From NCBI GenBank assembly GCA_001179505.1, contig CDMY01000384.1, positions 1-64,000 of the forward strand: 64,000 bases of DNA. The letters run 5' to 3'. Source of the stretch: Vitrella brassicaformis CCMP3155. Taxonomy: Eukaryota; Protista; Chromerida. The notes beneath the pieces are model-generated. The model ran no database searches and was not told the origin of the DNA. It saw only the letters and a program-made list of their open reading frames with translations. Each line of letters begins with the position of its first letter. Position 1 is the first letter of the stretch. The position numbers and the translations under genes were made by a program. Positions 60,218 through 64,000 of the stretch are shown piece after piece.

Positions 60218-63200
60218 TCAGGGGTGGCTAAGTGTCGACCCCTGCCGAGTGAGCTGCCTGGCCATTTGGTTCTTGAGGCTCAGCTGCACCGTCTGCACAC
60301 TCACGGCGTGGCTGGTCAGGGGCGTATAAGGCATGAGCACCGACGAGGTGCTCCCCTGCGGCCGCATCCGGTGGGTCGGGAAGAGGATGGGCTTGGCGGG
60401 TATGCCGCCGAACCGCTCGCCGCGCTCGAACTCCTCCCCCTTCATCATCAACGACATGGGGGCCAGGTAGGAGCCGTCAGCCTTCATTGGACGGTAAGGA
60501 GATCCAGGCACATGGGTGCGTCGGGATGGAGGGAAAAGGTGTGTGTGTGTGAGTGATTGTGTGTGTATACCATGTTGGTTGTGTAGAGGACGACGGCGCG
60601 TGTGCCGACTGTGCACCTGCGGCCTATGGTGATGGTGCCCATCTTCATGATGCGGTCCTCAAACAGGTGGCCTGCACAACACACCAACAGACACACACAC
60701 ACGACACACACATGCACTCCCAAATCCCAAATGCGATTTCCCCTCCCTCCCTCTCTCCCTCTCTCCCCTGTCAGCTCAGCTCACCCTGCACAGTGACATC
60801 GTCGTTGATGCAGGCGTCATCGCCAATCGCCACCAAGTCAGGCTCGGTCAGGTGAGGCGTCGCCATGTACACCCTGCTGCCAATCCGCGCACCCAGCAAA
60901 TGGAACCACATGGGCAGCAGGGGAGTGCCGATCAGCACCCGGATGAAGCTGTTGAAGGCCAGGTCTTCCTCCAGCGCATTGGAGAGCTCGGCGCGCCAGA
61001 CGAACGACGACCAGAGGGGCGCCTGCTGCTCGCCGTACCTGCCCACCAGCAGCCACTTGCCGGCGATGGCGACTATGGCGTTGACGGAGCCGTACAGCCA
61101 GAACATGGCCGGCATGAGGAAGAGGCCCCACCAGCCGAGATCGGTCAGAGTGATGGTCCCCACATACCTGACACACACACACACACAGGGAGAGAGAGAG
61201 AGATTCAAACACACCTCTCCCTGTCTGTCCGGTTCTAGTGGATACCTACCATGCAAGCAGAAACGAGTAGACCGACACGATCCCCGGCAGTATGGTCCTC
61301 AGCGCCTCAATCGACCCCCGTATAGGGTACAGGTGCACAGGGGGGTTGAAGGTGCGGCTGTCCCCGCTGTCCTTGACCACGGCACGGTTGGCGAGCGGGA
61401 AGGGCAGCGACCCCAGCCACGACGTCCCATCCTTGGCCTCGTCCGCACCGGGGGCAAGGGACATCACCCCCAGCAGCGTCTCCTTGCCGAAGCGGCTGCC
61501 CCCCGGCACACAGGCGTTGTTCCCGAGGAATGTCCTCTCCTCACACATCACCTTGCTGATGCAGAAGTTGCGCTTGGCGTCGACGGTCCAGCCCCCCAGG
61601 CCGACGAAGTCTGCCACGAAGCAGTCGTCACCGATGTGCAGCATATCGGGGGTCCAGTGGCGGGCGTCGGAGATCTCCACACGGCGCCCGAGCTTGGCGC
61701 CAAGAAGGTTGAAGTAGGTCCGGGTGAACATGGTGGAGTAGAACTGAGTGAGGCGGAGGAGGCCCAGAGAGAAGCACATGGATGGTATGGTATAGGTGTG
61801 TGGGGGGGGAGCTGACCTGGTGGGCGAATGTGAGAGTGATCTGTTGAGCCCAGTGGTTGACCCACCACCTCAGGTAGAGCCACCCGTACAGCGGGTAGGC
61901 GCCCTCCTTGATGCGCTGCACCGTCACCCACTTGAGCACCACCGTGAACAGCAGGTACCACAGCAGCCCGCCCACCACCAGCACCGGCGCCCACGCAGCT
62001 CCCACAGAGAACCCCTCATTGGTCGACACACGCACGGCCTCGGTCGTTGCCCAGAGCCAGGCCATCAGGGGCACCCCAAGGGCGAGGAAGATCACGTAGT
62101 AGCCGAGGAGCACGCCAAAGCAGAACATGGCGAGGGTGGCGGCGCCCACACGTCTGTGCTCGACCCTGTCGTCCTCGACGTCGATGGCGATGGTGAGGTG
62201 CCGCTTTGGCGTGCGGACGTTGGCAGCATTGCTGTCGTCGTGGGTCTTCTTGACGGATGACTTGGTGGGGATGGCCACTCTGTTGGAACCCCTTGCAGGT
62301 GCTCCCTCCCAGTGTGCTGATGCGGGGACTTTTTGGCCAGAATGGAGGACGGCGAGGTTGCCGATGGAGCCGCCGTCGCCAATCTCCGTGTTGAGGTTCA
62401 CGCCACTGGGGGGCAGCAACGCAGAGAGAGGGGTGGTGGTGGTGTGTGTGCGTGCGTGTGTGGGGCTGTGGTCTCACCTTCGCTGTCCGAGCACAGCGCC
62501 TCGGCCTAGTTTCACCGTTCCAAGCCTCAGCTTCCCGTCCTCGACCTCCCAGCATGACACCCGAGCACCCACATTGATCACCTGCACACCCACACCCACA
62601 CAGAGGTGAGTGGTTGTCCATGTAGAATGCGGCCATCCATCCCCTTCCTCTCTCTCTGCTCACCACATCGTCATCGAGTGTCAGGAGGTCATAGCCCGAC
62701 ACGAGCGTGGAGGCGATGTGCACGTTGCGGCCGACCTTGACGCCATACAGCCGCAGCACCCACGACAGCACTGGGGTGCCCGAGAACATGGCCAGGGGGG
62801 CGCCCCAGGTCTCGACGATCCACCACCTCAGGAAGTACCAGCCCCACCTACTCATTCATTCACAGACAACACAAGACATGTCAAAGAACCGCTCCTTCCC
62901 TCTCTCTCCCTCTCTCTCTCTCGTCTGTCTCTCTTCCTTACAGAGGGTGTTCTCCGGGCACCACTTTGCCGAGGACGATCCACTTGACGGCGACGGACAC
63001 CAGCACCCACACGGCCCATGACACGATCGTCCACGCGGGGAATGTGAAGATGACGTATGTGACGGAGTACTGGTCCAAAGTCTCCTCGATCGCCCACAGC
63101 CCGGCCGCCACCCACAGCGCCGCGAAGGCCGACAGGAAGAGCAGGAACACACCCTGCAGGAACCACACCGTCCAGCGCGTCAGAGCCGGGGCCTGATAGC

Positions 63201-64000
63201 ACAAGACAACACAGCCACACATGTCCATGAGGACAAAGGTCCATCACACACCACCACACTCATCTCGTTCCTACCCCGCCTGATTCGGTTTGTGTCTGCA
63301 ATCTTGACTTGATCGACTTAAGACCCGTCGCAAATCGTGTCGCCAGGCGGCCCAGCGGCGTCTGTGGTGGTGTGTGGGTGAACACACGCGCCCGGGGCAG
63401 CCGCAAAGGCACCCCCTCGGCCCTGCATGTGTCGGTGATGTTGGTGGCGAGCTTGCGGACTGTCCGGGCGTCGTAGAGGTCGCGGACGGCCGTGGGAACC
63501 ATCCGGATCTTCTTGCGCAGGGCGGAGATGAACTGACGATCGACACACGAGGGACTGTGCATGTGGTCGTGTGATGCGGTGTGGTGTGGTGTGGTTGTGC
63601 GAGAGTGGGTAGGTGCCCGGGCAGGTACCTACCTGTGCGGCGCTGAGCGAGTTGCCTCCCAGTTGGAAGAAGTCGTCTTCGGCGCCGACCCTCTCCACAT
63701 TCAACACCTGCACTCACACACAGAGAGAAATCCCCGCACCCCTACACATCACACCCTCTCACAACACTCTCGCTCCCTCCCTCCCTCCCTCCCTCTCACG
63801 TCCGAGAACAGCTCAGCGAGCGTCGTTTCCAGGACTCCCTCAGGCTCAAGGTACTCGTTCCCCGGCCCCCCACCGGCACCACTGCCCGGTGCGGTCTCGC
63901 TGCCCGGCGTGGGCATCTTCTCGAGCGCCTTCCTGTCCACCTTGCCAGTGGGTGAGATGGGAATGGCGTCGAGCAGGACGTACCGGGCGGGCACCATGTA
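60218..64000 (-). CDS. Membrane-bound single-module NRPS-like enzyme, epsilon-poly-L-lysine synthetase (Pls)-type: A-domain end, PCP, three TM plus left-handed beta-helix acetyltransferase-like repeats; 5' part outside window
   Basis: A10 motif PISPTGKVDRKAL and PCP DDFFQLGGNSL..LYDARTVRKLA. Repeated AVKWIVLG...PL/WGWYFLRWW, KWVTV.RIKEGAYPLYGWLYLRWW and AGKWLLVGRY....PLWSSFVWR units with L.RLYG.KVG/LLGAKLG/LLGARIG. HLFEDRIMK and GIPA end. Interrupted by GT-AG introns. Confidence 0.9.

Noticed and set aside
1-64000. Most ORFs in the supplied six-frame track, including those with THTHTH, CVCVCV, QTDRQTDR and SVCLSVC runs
   Set aside because: These are shadow ORFs of GC-rich DNA or translations of intronic microsatellites, not genes.
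60218-64000. Bacterial contamination as the source of the NRPS-like gene
   Set aside because: It is interrupted by GT-AG introns with the same microsatellites as neighbouring host genes.
1-64000. rRNA, tRNA or spliceosomal snRNA genes
   Set aside because: I recognised no cloverleaf or conserved rRNA/snRNA signature by eye. tRNAscan-SE and Infernal runs would be needed to exclude them.
50784-64000. Functional gene cluster linking the pseudo-amylase and the Pls-like NRPS
   Set aside because: They are convergent neighbours and both relate to the cell surface, but nothing in the sequence shows co-regulation or a shared pathway.

Overview
Eukaryotic, GC-rich, intron-dense genomic DNA. GT-AG introns are packed with (CA/TG)n, (GTCT)n and (GGAT)n microsatellites, and one gene carries a bipartite plastid-targeting leader. 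This style points to a photosynthetic alveolate, probably the chromerid Vitrella brassicaformis (inference, not tested by search). Left to right: a decaying cluster of atypical protein-kinase genes including a P-loop/kinase fusion (1-6.6 kb), a RING-CH E3 ligase, a plastid-targeted Mpv17/PMP22 protein with an FBPase/SBPase-like N-terminal domain, a SMARCAD1/Fun30-like SNF2 ATPase, an MLO-like EF-hand membrane protein, a His-rich membrane protein, a degenerate RecQ4-like helicase and a KH protein. Then comes a gene-poor repeat island (28-33.5 kb) with a low-GC segment, a captured gene fragment and a long hairpin. After it: a large internally duplicated unknown gene spanning an assembly gap, RPC11, LSM4, an RS/KH protein, PRIM2 with an 87-nt hairpin just upstream, a giant secreted modular GH13 pseudo-amylase, and the 3' part of an intron-containing membrane-bound NRPS-like enzyme of the epsilon-poly-L-lysine synthetase (Pls) type. 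The Pls-like gene is the most striking system in the window. Gene models were spliced by eye, so exon boundaries and some starts and ends are approximate.
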